A DNA stretch of 63,795 bases, counting the filler, from Octopus bimaculoides (lineage: Eukaryota), in the NCBI RefSeq assembly GCF_001194135.2. It is 9 parts of 9 records of this genome, joined end to end, with 100 filler letters (N's around TTAATTAATTAA, not from the genome) between each part and the next. Parts side by side here need not be neighbours in the genome. Positions count along the whole stretch, not along the records: positions 31,094 to 36,223 come from NW_026330005.1; positions 36,324 to 49,161 come from NC_068989.1; 7 more parts are not named here. One strand, given 5' to 3'. Positions 35,271 to 48,169 of the stretch are shown piece by piece. A program made the translations under genes and the position numbers. The notes below the pieces were generated by a model. It worked only from the letters and a program-made list of their open reading frames with translations. It was not told where the DNA came from and did no database searches. Numbering within the stretch: position 1 is the stretch's first letter; each line of letters starts with the position of its first letter.

Positions 35271-36610
35271 CATAGGATCCAACTTAACCATAAGACATTT
35301 TAACCGAATGTGATAACTGTGGGTTGAGAAGATTGCTACATATCTTATTTGAAAAAACCATTGGAAAATGCAACGCTATGAGACAGTACATTGGACAAGG
35401 AGGGAAGAAAAGAAAGAAAAGAAGCAATTTAGAATTTAGAATGGGAAGTCAATAAAATGATTAAAAACCCAATTAAAAATGGGAGAAGAGTGTTTTATGT
35501 ATAATGGGACCGCAAAGGGGACTTAATCTTGTATTTATACATGTAGAGTGAGAGAGAAGAAGGAGAAGAAGAGAGAGAGAGGAGGAGAAATGAATAGAGA
35601 ATGGGAGCAATGAAGAGAGAGAAAGAGAGGAAGAGAGAATGATAGACAGTTATAAAATAGCAATGCGTGCCCGTGTTTATATAAGAAACACACACAAACT
35701 AAATCTTGTATCTATAATGTTGATGTGTTTATGTATTTATGTGTATGTTGTTGTCACAGATCATGTATGTGTGGTTGTGTGTGTTTTTATGTTTCTATGT
35801 TATAAAAAATATGTTAGAGGTAGAAGGATAGAAGAAAGCTATTAAATGGGAGAGAGGAAGAAAAACAAAGTAAGAGTGAAATGGTAGATAGAAGGAAAGA
35901 ATAGACTTAAACCAAGTTAATCTATGACTTTGTATGTATCACTTTCTCTCTCCCTCTTTTACTCTTACTCTCTATATTATATGTTGAGCGCGTGATCGAT
36001 GTGTAAGAACGCCGGTACAGATAGAATGGAAGAAATATAAAAGTTGCTAGAAACAACAGCCAAATCTCCCTTAAATCACACAAAGAAAACGGAATTTTAA
36101 AAATCTAATTACTGCACTGGAAAGTTCAGATCGAGAAAATTCTATCGATGTAAAAGTTTTTACGAAAAAGTGAAAAATGTGGATTTCTATAAACTTTTAC
36201 AAAGGCTTCACACAGACACACAANNNNNNNNNNNNNNNNNNNNNNNNNNNNNNNNNNNNNNNNNNNNTTAATTAATTAANNNNNNNNNNNNNNNNNNNNN
36301 NNNNNNNNNNNNNNNNNNNNNNNCGGTGCCTCTCTCATTTTTATTCACCTTTTGTTATCATCCTCATCACATTTATGTCTTTGTCCAGCCCGCAGCTACC
36401 ACTCTATGTACAGCCCTTGTGGCTAATTCAATGAAATAGAGTAGCTTGCTTACCAACCACATAGTTCGCGGTTCAGTCCCACCGTGTGTCACTTTGGGCA
36501 AGTGTCTTCTACTATAGCCTCAGGCCGACCAAAGCCTTGTGAGTGGATTTGGTAGACGGAAACTGAAAGATAGATAGATAGATAGATATACGCACACACA
36601 CACACACACA

Positions 36611-36659
<49 letters not shown>

Positions 36660-37844
36660 TCTCTTAGAGACGAGAGGGAGAGAGACAGATGTGGAGAGAA
36701 TAATATGCAAGCACCTCGCTCGCTCCCTCACAAGCTAGACAGATTGTTCGATATATCGATCGGTCGATCGACAGCAAGCTAGATAGATAGAGACATAGAT
36801 CGACAAATAGATATACATTTCTCCAATGACCGTATTTTGACAAAAATATTTTTTTTTAAAATTATTCTCCATCCCCTTCACTACTCCACCACGACTTGTC
36901 ACGCTGCTGGCTCTTGATTGTGACTCAACGATCCATCTCAGATTATAAAAGCTACATGTTATATGCGCGTACACGCACACAGACATAGACACAAACATAA
37001 ACACGTATATGTGTACGTTTGTGCGCGTGTGCGTGCTATGTGAGTTGATAAAATATTGTAACATAGCTTGGCGACATGATTTTTACAGATTTTTGTTGGT
37101 GATTCGTGGGAAATTAATTTACTCTGAATTCTTAATCTATCTTAATTTGTTTTTCATGTAACATTTTTTTTGGTCTTTTTTTCCTTTTTCTTTTTTACAG
37201 AAGTAAATGTTACATGTTTGAACTTCAGACGGAAAATTGATTTCCGATTTCATATAGTGAAACGAGATAAAAACAAAACAAAACAGACATATATATTGCA
37301 ACGTAATCAAATACAATGATATGCTGGATCTGAGAAACTGGTGCTTATGGTGTTGGTGATGTTTAAGATACACACATACATGTATGTATGTATACATACA
37401 TATATACACGCATACATCCAAACATACATACATACATACATACATACATGCATACATATACGCACACAGTGCACATACACACACATAGACACACACACAC
37501 ACACACACACACAAATATATCATGAAAGTCGGGAAGCATCGGAGGAAAATGTAGGTTTACAGCCGTTTCGCAACTTTCTTCACGGAGTATTAACTTCAGT
37601 GGGTTGAGTGTGAAAGAAATTATACTTACACGTTTACATTAATATGCATGCTCGGCATTATACAATACAGTTGTATGTTCACAAATCAATGCAAATAAAG
37701 AAAATTAGCTCATCAGATCACCAGTACATTACGGTGATACTTCTCTGTACTGGATTACTAAATGGACTCTAAGCCGAGTCCGTAAAAAAAGGCTTTCTGT
37801 GACAGCCACATGATTCTCTGAACCCATCCCTTATACTACAAATT

Positions 37845-38125
37845 CACAGTGGCCTAGTGGATTGGGTGCTCCACTCTTGATCACTAGATCATGAGTTCGA
37901 TTCATGGACAGAGATGTACGTTGTGTTCTTGAGCAAAGCATTTCATTTCACGTTGCTCCAGTCCACTCGGCTGTAAATGGGTACCCCTACAATGGACTAG
38001 CCCCTCGATCAAGGGTAATGTTGGCCTGCTCGTCTAACGGCAGGTGGCATCATTCGAAAGCTAAAACGATACCAAGCGTACTGTGACCAGCGATGTATGA
38101 TAATATCCGACAATCTGGTCGATCA
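37845..38125 (+). mobile_element. tRNA-derived SINE with a V-/Meta-SINE-like central motif
   Basis: A box TGGCCTAGTGG (37850-37860), B box GAGTTCGATTC (~37893), GTTGTGTTCTTGAGCAAAGCA...GCTGTAAATGGGTACC. Superfamily assignment is from recall. Confidence 0.6.
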
Positions 38126-38974
38126 CGTGATATATATGTATATTACACACACACATCACGTGATATATATGTATATTACATACACACATCACGTGATATA
38201 TATGTATATTTACACACACACACACACACGTATGATATTCATCCCATGCTCATTGAAATGCTCGTGTTTGTTTCCATATTCTTTTATTCTTTTATTCTGT
38301 TATTCTGTTATTCTGACTTAATTTATTAGATGGTGGATTTGCTAGGACAACGCTTCAAATGCATTTCGTTCGTTTGTATTCTTTTTTCTTGTATGTATGT
38401 GTAATTTTTTTGTCGATCGTATCGATTCCAGTATTTACGTGTATGATATTCATTTTATTGAATCTATTTATCGAATTGCAAAGTCACACTTTGACGTGAA
38501 GAGGATACAGTGCAGGTTTAAATCGGTGAACATAAATACATGCAGACATATGCGTGTGTGTACGCGTGTGCGTGCAAAAGCCTTTCATCTCTCACTCTCT
38601 CTCTCTTTCTGTATATACATACATATATATGTATAAATGTATTATATACGTATGTGTGCGTGTATGTACATATTCTGTTATTCTTTTATTTCTTTCAGTC
38701 ATTTGAATGCGGCCATGTTGGAGCACCATCTTTAGTCGACCAAATCGACCCTAGGACTTATTCTTTGTAAACCTAATACTTATTCTACCGGGACATAAAC
38801 ACACCAACATCGGTTGTCAAGCGATGGGGGGGGGGGAAACAGACACACAAATATACACACACGCACACGCACACACACACACACACACACACATGTACAC
38901 ACATACGACGGGCTTCTTTCAGTTTCCGTCCACTAAATCCACTCACAAGGCTTTGGTCAGCCCGATATGTACAT

Positions 38975-39023
<49 letters not shown>

Positions 39024-39479
39024 CACACACACACACACACACAGGAATACACACGCGCGCACAGACACACACACACACTGGCACACACACGCGCGCACAG
39101 ACACACATGTTTATGCATATTAAAATAAATGTACACACGTGTATAAGCAAGTGTGTATATATGCGCGCGCACGCGCTTTTATATATGACAGGCTTTTGCA
39201 GGTTTACGTCTACCAAATTCCACAGATTCTTTTGTGAAAACATTAGTTAACTGGCAGCTTTGGTAAGAAACCACTTACCAAAGATAATCCATCATGGGTC
39301 GAACTCAGAACCACGTAGAAGCGAAGCCAACGTTTGAACTTGTAACTATACTAGCGCCTATCACAAAAAATGAATGACAAAGGCTTGTTGCCAGGAAACA
39401 TTATTTAAGCACAAAATCGAATTAAGTTGATCAATCAGCAAGGATGATTATTGTTGAATATCCTGGCCAACAGGACTTT

Positions 39480-41780
39480 AAGAAAGGCTAGAGCGAAGCA
39501 ATGGAAAATAAGTTGGCTAGTATGCAAAAGCAAAAAGAGAAAAATTAATTATACATATAGAATAAGATGTAATTTATTTCTAAATCAACTGCGCTTACAA
39601 CGGCATCTTTCATTGTCATAAAAGTAGTTGCCAAAAAGAAAACACCTTTCGTTAATGAGGAAACGAGGAAAGAACGTGTAGTTGAGACTAACACAGTTTT
39701 GTTTGATAAAAAAAAATTGCTGATACATCAATAAAATCTATGCCATTTAAGAAGAATACAGTTACACGTAGTTCAAAATATACTTTTTAAATTTTCTCTT
39801 ATTTTCTCTTATTTTATTTTATCTTTTACTTGTTTAAGTCATTGGATTGCAGACATGTTGGGACGCCGCTTTAAAGGGGTTAATTAATAGATAGGCTCCA
39901 GTACTTGTTTTAAGTTTTGTACTTATCCTCTCAAACTCTTTTTGCTAAGTTACGACGACGTAAACTCTAAATTTACTCACAAAGTATTGGTAAACCAGCG
40001 GTCTTAGTAGAAGACACTCCATCAAAGTACCGTGTAATGGGATTGCATTTGAAACCAGGCAGCTGCAAAGCAAACTTCTTAACCATACAGCCATGCCTGC
40101 ACCTACGGAACAATAAAATTTGATTTGGTAAAATGCAGATTCTTTTAGCTTGCATTTTGATGAATCAACTGGTATTGTTGGCATTTCCCAAATTATCTTT
40201 TTTTCCCTCTTTTTCGTATGATTTTCTCAAATATAAAAGAGAAATTTTTATCACTTTCCTCAAAAATCGAAAACGCGTTTTGAAAGTATTGATCAAACTT
40301 CCAAGAATTTTGCTCGTGAAAATGATGTACCACTTTAATAATTGGTTTCATTCACAACGAATGGTGCTCCAGCAATGATAGAAAGAATAATGGCTATTGT
40401 TAATCTTTGCATGTTACCATTATATCATTCAACAGTAAGTTTTATATTTCAGACTTATTAAATGTGAAGACATCATAAGATTGTAGAGTTAAAAAGCTAT
40501 TTTTCACTGATGGATTTCTTTTTCTTTTTTACCATAGTGTGGTGAATTTTATAAAGAATTAAATGATCGACTTCGAAGTTAAAAAATGAGTTTCAGTTAC
40601 AACAGACGGTATTCCAGTAATGATAGAAAAAAAATGGTATTGTTACGAGTAGTCTTTGTAAGAAGTACGAAGCTTTTCCATCTTTTATGAGTCTCCACTT
40701 CATCAATTACAAGTTATTAAATATAGACACGTCATGAACGTGATTGTTAAAATAATAAACTCTACCAAGGTCCGTCGCCAGACTTTGGTGCCTAGAGGTG
40801 CTTCAGAATATTCTGGATGGGCACCAATTTGTATTGCAAAAAGATTTTTGTAAGCTGTATTTTCTAAATTCGAAGGTGCACCATTGAATAGTGAGGGGCC
40901 AGTGCCGTCCAGGGTGCTCCTTTAGTGATGGGCATTTTAGTCAGACTTCAAGAAATGTATTGTAGGACGATTTTTGTAAACTGTATTTTCAAAATCTGAG
41001 GGTGCACCATTGAATAGTGAAAGGGCAGTGACGTCCAGTTCACCCACCCCACCACATACACACACCTTAACAATGGACATAACTCCACTCAGGCAAAGCC
41101 TCTGCAAGAAAGGATAATTAAGGACCATTTAGAGAGAGTGGACACTGTGTTGGCCACAGGAAGGGGAAAAAGCTTCTAGATTTGAAGAGCTGTTTCTCGA
41201 AGTCATTTTGTTTTTCATAACACCGTGATGAATTCTCGTGATGAATTTAGTAATCTATCATGGCTAGCCGGTTAATCATTTTTGAACGTGATAACAACAT
41301 TGATTAATAACTTTAATCACGAACTTCAAAGATAAATCGAAATTATTTCACAGTTGGTGAGTTCGATAAAAGCTTAGACAATCGATGTCGTGGAAATCTC
41401 AGATACACATGAAAATGTTCAACGTTTTCAGTTTCAAATAATAGTTTGCACTTGGAGACTGCAATCACATTTAATACCAATCAATAAATATGCAAAAAAA
41501 AAACCTCTTAAAGATTATTGATAATTTACAGATTCGATTTTCTGATTTCATTGCAGTCATAGGTGCATCCACTTTTATCTAACTCATTTATGAATCTAGA
41601 TGTAAAAGTAACTACTTCTCAAATAGTGTTGGGTGGTTGATATAAACCTTTTTTAGTTGTTCTCATATCAAGTAGACTTTTAGGTTGCATGTATTGACAA
41701 TAATCACTATAAGTTTCATCAGAGTTTCTAAATATTTTGTTTACCACGTCACTGTATTTACGAATGTACATTCAGTAAGT
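39480..41780 (+). mobile_element. hAT (Charlie/GTF2IRD2-like) transposase relic with nested insertions
   Basis: ASFIVIKVVAKKKTPF...KNTVTR, FSLHFDESTG, VSFTTNGAPAM, VMNVIVKIINS. Interrupted by a minus-strand SINE (39790-40100) and a block with a ~115-bp duplication (~40790-41050). Confidence 0.78.
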
Positions 41781-42227
41781 TAATATTGTATAAGTGGTAC
41801 AGGGTATATGAATCATCGCATATACTGGGTATTTGTTGATTGATACTATTTATTAAGACTTATGAATAGGAAAGAAAAATAGATAGCTGAAAGACTACCA
41901 GATGGGAAAACCGACCGATTCGAGCAAATCTTGAAGCAGCTCTAAGTTGAACTAACACGCCATGAATAACCTGTCGGCCCAAGTTTTAGACTCCATTTGG
42001 CGAGAAAACTTCCACGCTTCCCATGAAATTGCCGTATTAACCACAAATAAGTCAGCCAGTGCTGATTGGTCAAGCCGTATTCGTGTTGGCGATAATATCT
42101 TGTATGTCGACTCTTCCTTTTATGAAAATAATTAGGTCGTGATTTTAGACTGAGAAAATACAAGAACTATAGTTCGAATCTCAACCGGTTTTCTATGTTT
42201 GTATGTATGTATATATGTATGTATTTA

Positions 42228-42790
42228 CAGTACCGTGCAAAAGTCTTCGGCCACTTTAAGCTATTATAAAATTCTACTGGTTGCCAACTTATAAGTGGAT
42301 GTTTCGCATTGCGTTTTTTACAGATGAAACATTGGCCATGTTAGAGTCATATCCATACTTAATCATTATATTTTGTAGTAGGGGTTCTGAATAAGAGGGG
42401 AAGATGCGAGACGACCACCAAAAAATGGCCATAAAATCAACATACAGTGTCTTAAAACAGAAAAAAATGTCTGTAATGAAAATATATGACATAATGTTCA
42501 TTTCAAGAAGTTACTGTACATAGTTAATATTTCGTGTGGCTTCCCTTAGCTTGAATAATTGTTTCAATGCGCCTGTGAAGAGATGCGTAGAAATCCTTTA
42601 CCATCTTCACAGATATGAGATGCCATTCTCTGTGACTGAGTTCCACAACTCATCAAGATTGTATGGATTCTTCTGACGAACACTTATCTTTAGTTCTGTC
42701 CACATTTGCTCAGAGCTCTGAGCTGGCCAATCTTTCAATATGGTAACACCTTCATCAGCCAGACTGTGTTGTTTTGCTCGCTATCTGTGG
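42228..42790 (-). mobile_element. Tc1-type transposon 3' fragment with TIR
   Basis: TA|CAGTACCGTGCAAAAGT terminus at 42226-42244. Minus-strand translation DWPAQS..QMWTELK...NPYNLDELW, followed after frameshifts by a KGSHTKY*-type end. Confidence 0.8.
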
Positions 42791-42825
42791 CATGGAGCTC
42801 CCTCGTGCTGAAAAAATCTCACCTT

Positions 42826-42927
42826 CATCATCATCATCATCATCATCGTGATCATCATCATCATCCTCACCATCCACCACCACCACCACCACCATAACCA
42901 CTTCGATCATCGTTATCGTCGTCTCGC

Positions 42928-42962
<35 letters not shown>

Positions 42963-43058
42963 ACGTTGTCGTCGCCGTCCTCCTCTTCATCATCGCAGTC
43001 GTCATCGTCATAGCAATCGTTGTCATCATCATCGTCATACAGTCATCAGCAATGGTAG

Positions 43059-43101
<43 letters not shown>

Positions 43102-43220
43102 CATCTAGTCATCAATAGTCATCATCATCATCGTCATCACCAGAGCAATCGTAATCATGATAGTTACCATCATCATCATCACCATCATCGTCGTTGTTGT
43201 CATTTATCATCCACCAACAC
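42826..43220. repeat. (CAT)n/(CAC)n microsatellite complex
   Basis: Direct reading. Confidence 0.95.
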
Positions 43221-43813
43221 CATCATTATCATTAACAACAATTACAAATGATAATTAAGCACTTACAATAAGATTTTCTATTGCCTGGCATCCTTAACTT
43301 AATTCATCTCTTTTTGTGTTATCGTTATTTCCCAATCCTTTCTTCCAAATACACACACACACACACACACACACACAATATCTTATACTAACTAAACGCA
43401 TTTTTGTTTTCTTTCTTAATTTCGGCGTTGTAGTTGTCTGGCGGGTGACTATGATATGAAATCGTTATGTTGAATCTAAAGCAATTAAACCGTAGAAGAA
43501 CCATTTTAGTAATCTGAAAAACACAAAAAAAAAAAAAAAAAAAGGTGAATATAACAGTTTTTATATGATTCTTCCACGATGTAATTGCTTTATTGCAATG
43601 TGTTTCTGAAAAAAAAAAGAAAAGAAAAGAAAAACAAACAAGAGAACAAATATACAAAATATCAATAAAAGAAACAATACAACTTGAAACGAGATCTCTA
43701 TCAAAAAAGAGAGATTATCACAATAGCAGATCCGTTGCATTTGATTTTCTGGTTTCCGTTTATTATTTCATCTCATTACGCAAACACACACTCATATATC
43801 TATCCATCCATCC

Positions 43814-43893
<80 letters not shown>

Positions 43894-44387
43894 NNNNNNN
43901 NNNNNNNNNNNNNNNNNNNNNNNNNNNNNNNNNNNNNNNNNNNNNNNNNNNNNNNNNNNNNNNNNNNNNNNNNNNNNNNNNNNNNNNNNNNNNNNNNNNN
44001 NNNNNNNNNNNNNNNNNNNNNNNNNNNNNNNNNNNNNNNNNNNNNNNNNNNNNNNNNNNNNNNNNNNNNNNNNNNNNNNNNNNNNNNNNNNNNNNNNNNN
44101 NNNNNNNNNNNNNNNNNNNNNNNNNNNNNNNNNNNNNNNNNNNNNNNNNNNNNNNNNNNNNNNNNNNNNNNNNNNNNNNNNNNNNNNNNNNNNNNNNNNN
44201 NNNNNNNNNNNNNNNNNNNNNNNNNNNNNNNNNNNNNNNNNNNNNNNNNNNNNNNNNNNNNNNNNNNNNNNNNNNNNNNNNNNNNNNNNNNNNNNNNNNN
44301 NNNNNNNNNNNNNNNNNNNNNNNNNNNNNNNNNNNNNNNNNNNNNNNNNNNNNNNNNNNNNNNNNNNNNNNNNNNNNNNNNNNNNNN

Positions 44388-44600
44388 TCATTTAACATAT
44401 GCGTTTCACTCCATTTACTAAATTTGTATATTTAGTCAATTACCCAAAATAACAAGGAGTTTCTACCTCATAAACAGGAGTTACACCACAGTCATTTTGT
44501 GATCTTTGCTACCCTGGTATCTATTAACCAATTTATTTTGTTGGAGTTAATTATTAACTTAGAGAAAATAAATACATATCATAAAATATATAAGTATATA
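44388..44600 (+). mobile_element. Third copy of the foldback arm (3' part, downstream of the HHR position; remainder lost in the N gap)
   Basis: Aligns to 34785-34950 and to the reverse complement of 34980-35170; ends in (TA)n. Confidence 0.88.
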
Positions 44601-44616
44601 TATATATATATATACA

Positions 44617-44648
<32 letters not shown>

Positions 44649-44759
44649 AGTATTTGTGTGTGTGTGTGTATGTGTTGTGGAAGTCGACTCGTGACCGAGT
44701 AAGATCACTTCCTGAACAAGGAGAAATAAAAGACCATGTTGGATATGTTATTAGTAGAT

Positions 44760-45312
44760 GAAAGTGCCTCCGTGACCACGCTTGTGTATGAGTATGCCTG
44801 TTCCGAGAGGTAGACACGATTACACTGCTCACACGAAAATACTCTTTCATGCCCCAGATATTTGCCAACACGTTTCAACACTCTTGTTCTCGAATTCTTT
44901 AACACCAGTAGCAACCAGATTCCTCCACAGCTCGCTATCTGATGCAAGATCTTGTCAGGTGTTAGTATCGATAGGGATCTTTTTAAATGTGCCTATAAGA
45001 CTGTCTTTGAAACACTTGAGAGGCTTGCTCCAGTTCACCATGTAACACCCGTTTTGACATACGGGTGTCTTCTAAACAAGTGCTACTCAAAGTGGTGGTC
45101 TGCAGACCGGTGCCGGTCTGCGAGCCATCAGCTGCCGGTACGCGACAAAAAAGAAAGAAACATTATAAAATGCTTATGTAATATTGTATTATTTGTTTAC
45201 AAAATAAATATAAGATAAAAAAATGTCAACTTTAATTATATTCTTTATCTGTATTGTTTCCAGTATAGATTAATATTACTAAGAAATATTATCAATCCCT
45301 GGCACATTGGAA

Positions 45313-45349
<37 letters not shown>

Positions 45350-45550
45350 TCAGATAGTTTGAGAAGCTCTGTTGTAAATGAACGAGGTTACTAGATCATC
45401 TAAGGTAGTATGTCATAATTTTGGACTAAATACTTACCATTTTTGCCAGTTGCAGTACACAGGATCGCCATGAGATCTTCAGGATATTACACAAGCATCG
45501 GAGATAGAATCGCATGAGACGTGGAATACGCTTGAGGCAGGTTGTCCATG
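44760..45550 (-). mobile_element. RTE C-terminal fragment split by a hAT-like MITE (~45070-45310) and (TAA)n
   Basis: ETWTTCLKRIPRLMRFYLRCLCNILKISW (45420-45550); KRVLHGEL, KCFKDSL, DSELWRNLVATGVKEFE, FSCEQC (44760-45070). Confidence 0.7.
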
Positions 45551-46021
45551 TCTCTCATCCATCCATCCATCCATCCATCCATCCATCCGTAGGTACGTAT
45601 GTGTATGTGTGTATACATATATGTTTATGTATGTATGTATGTATGTATGTATTTATATACAAGCATTATGGGTCACACAAGCACAGCATGTATGTTTTGT
45701 TTATACGCCAAATTGGCTGTGAGATAATGTCTGGGAAAAGCTTCTCAAACGAGGCCGATTGTTAAAGAGCATCGGAATGTCACAAAGCAGGCGAGACAAT
45801 TCGCCTCGAAATCACCGAGAATGATAGGTGTTGATATTTCGTCGTTATTGTGGCTCATCAATATCATGTACTCGGATCATCTCGAAACGAAGTGAATCGT
45901 TGGGTCTATGACTTCTACACAAATAGAGTGAAGATCATTTGCTGATGCGCTGCGGCGTAACACATGTACAATATATATTGTATGTATGCATGTATGTATG
46001 TATGTATGTATGTATGTATGT

Positions 46022-46265
46022 GATGGCGCATGGCCTAGTGGTTTAAAGTGTTGCAATCGTGGTTTCAATTCCTGGAGCGGGCGACGCGTTGTGTTTTTGA
46101 GCAAAGCATTTTATCTCACGCTTCTTTCTGTGCGATTTCTTCGACGTTTGACATGTGGTACACCTCGCACGTGTTCATATGATGGAGAGAATGAGCTTTT
46201 GATCACTATAAACAACCCCTTTGTGCACGTTGTTTAGCAAGAAATTGCAGAACCATCTTTCTCAC
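46022..46265 (+). mobile_element. tRNA-derived SINE (head related to 37845)
   Basis: A box TGGCCTAGTGG 46031-46041, B box GGTTTCAATTCC 46061-46072, GTTGTGTTTTTGAGCAAAGCA. Confidence 0.65.
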
Positions 46266-46363
46266 TCTACAGGAGACTACTATCAATCAGATGTATGAAT
46301 ATAAATGCATTGCCTGTCATTTCCTTCCTTCCTTCCTTCCTTCCTTCCTTCCTTCCTTCCTTC

Positions 46364-46402
<39 letters not shown>

Positions 46403-46745
46403 TATTCATTTATTTTTTTATTTGTTTGTTTCTTTCTTAATCGCGTGTAATTCGGTGAACAATATCCTTCCTCATACTATTCGCACAATCGTTGCTACCC
46501 TCAACGTGGGAGTTCTTACGTAGTCATCCGACTAGCTAGAAATGATAACCAAATTACCATCTTAAGAAAGACGAGATGGTTGCCGCTGGAAGGCTTTTGA
46601 TGATAGGTCTGACCGCGCGTGGTTGATCTACGTCCAATCAACAACAACAACAACAGCTTGGTAGTCAACAACTCACTCGTTGTCTTCGTCTTGGTCACCG
46701 TCTTTATTATTATCAACGTTTTTATAATCATTTGACTCTCCTGAT

Positions 46746-46750
46746 TACTA

Positions 46751-46785
<35 letters not shown>

Positions 46786-46816
46786 ACTAATACTACAACC
46801 ACTGCTACTACTGCTG

Positions 46817-46884
<68 letters not shown>

Positions 46885-46909
46885 ATTACTACTACTGCTG
46901 CTGCTGCTG

Positions 46910-46964
<55 letters not shown>

Positions 46965-46965
46965 C
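46746..46965. repeat. (ACT)n/(GCT)n compound trinucleotide tract
   Basis: Direct reading. Confidence 0.95.
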
Positions 46966-47145
46966 TCCCACACACAGCCCCTCGTTCCCGATCACCGTTT
47001 GTTATCTCCCCCTTTCTTAGCTCTCCTGAAATAAAAATTTCTAACTTCCGGTCAGTCATTGTTATGATCGGCCATTATTATGATTGACCGTTGACTGAAC
47101 ACTATTCAATTTTTTTTCTCCGTGTTTTTCTCCTTGTCTCCGTAT

Positions 47146-47182
47146 TCTTTCTGTTGAAGAGCGTAGCTCGAAACGTCAAAGA
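47146..47182 (+). ncRNA. Candidate minimal type I hammerhead with atypical core (CUGUUGA-A) in a probable PLE pseudo-LTR (~46970-47270)
   Basis: TCTTT-CTGTTGA-A-GAGC-GTA-GCTC-GAAA-CG-TC-AAAGA: stem I TCTTT/AAAGA, stem II GAGC/GCTC, palindromic ACGT stem III, GUC triplet. A6 is replaced by U and there is an extra A. Confidence 0.5.
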
Positions 47183-48127
47183 CTTTCCGTATTCCCGAGC
47201 GTCATACTAATATATACTTTTGTTATTTACACCACCTGTCCTCGTCTGTTGTTATTATTTGTATATTCTACTACTACTACTACTACTACTACTACTTTCA
47301 TTTGTGTGTATGTGTATCTATGTATGTGCGCGAGTGTGTCACTGTTGAAGTTGCTCGTGCAACTTATTTGTGTATATATTGGCTTAGTGGTAGAGTGTTT
47401 GGAAACTGAATAAGGTGCAAGTTTCGAGTACGTGTCGGTAACTTTCTTTTTCTCCTCGTCTTCTAATAGTAATTGTTCAACTTTCTAGGCTCTTCACACA
47501 GCTATCCCGTGTTCAAAAATTATACGGGTATTTAAAAAATTTTCATTCAATAAATAATGAATTACGTATACATAAATAGAATAAACAGTCGGTTTTCCAA
47601 ATAGCGAATGAAAACTTTAAAGAGAAAGTGAGAAACTTTGCAAATGAGAATAGAGTACTCAGCAGTGAATACAATGAATATTTAAATTTGTGAATTGAAC
47701 GCAGTGATTGGCAATGAATTTTTAAATTTGCGAGAAATTGGAGTTTAAAAAATTCAAGAAACTTGAGAAATCGAAATTATAGGAAATTTCTTAGAACATG
47801 AATTTATAAGAATATTTCCAGACGGTCAACCCATTAATAATTGCTTTCTTTTAGTACTTTTAGTAATTGTTACATAGTTGTCGGAGCACTGCATCCTTCA
47901 GAACTTCCATGCTTCCTGAGATTCGCCAATACTACGCCTGATTTTCTCCCCTCCATACACACGCAAGCATGTATCTGACTCATACACTGTTTACTTTCCA
48001 GACATTTGTACATTACTGCATATGCTTCATACGCACTTTTGACAAGTTGTAGTGACCTGAGCACTGTATACAATAATTTCATTATTATCTAATTAATAAG
48101 CAGCATTCTCCATTATAGAATATATAG

Positions 48128-48169
<42 letters not shown>

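Larger units (their letters stand above)
34405..35541. mobile_element. Non-coding foldback element: two ~530-560-bp arms in inverted orientation meeting at an AT-rich/(TA)n centre, each carrying a hammerhead
   Basis: 34405-34933 is the reverse complement of 35012-35541 (roughly 90% identical by eye). Outer ends coincide at TGTATAAAT.CAAGATTAA. Confidence 0.92.

Noticed and set aside
41961-42134. 57-aa plus-strand open frame MNNLSAQVLDSIWRENF...
   Set aside because: No recognisable homology or splice signals; lies between transposon relics.
45415-45425. Minus-strand GTAAGT donor suggesting an exon at 45420-45550
   Set aside because: The segment translates as an RTE RT C-terminal fragment and continues through the apparent donor.
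19470-46075. tRNA genes at A/B-box motifs (19490, 25533, 37848, 46031)
   Set aside because: No complete cloverleaf; each continues into a repeated SINE body.
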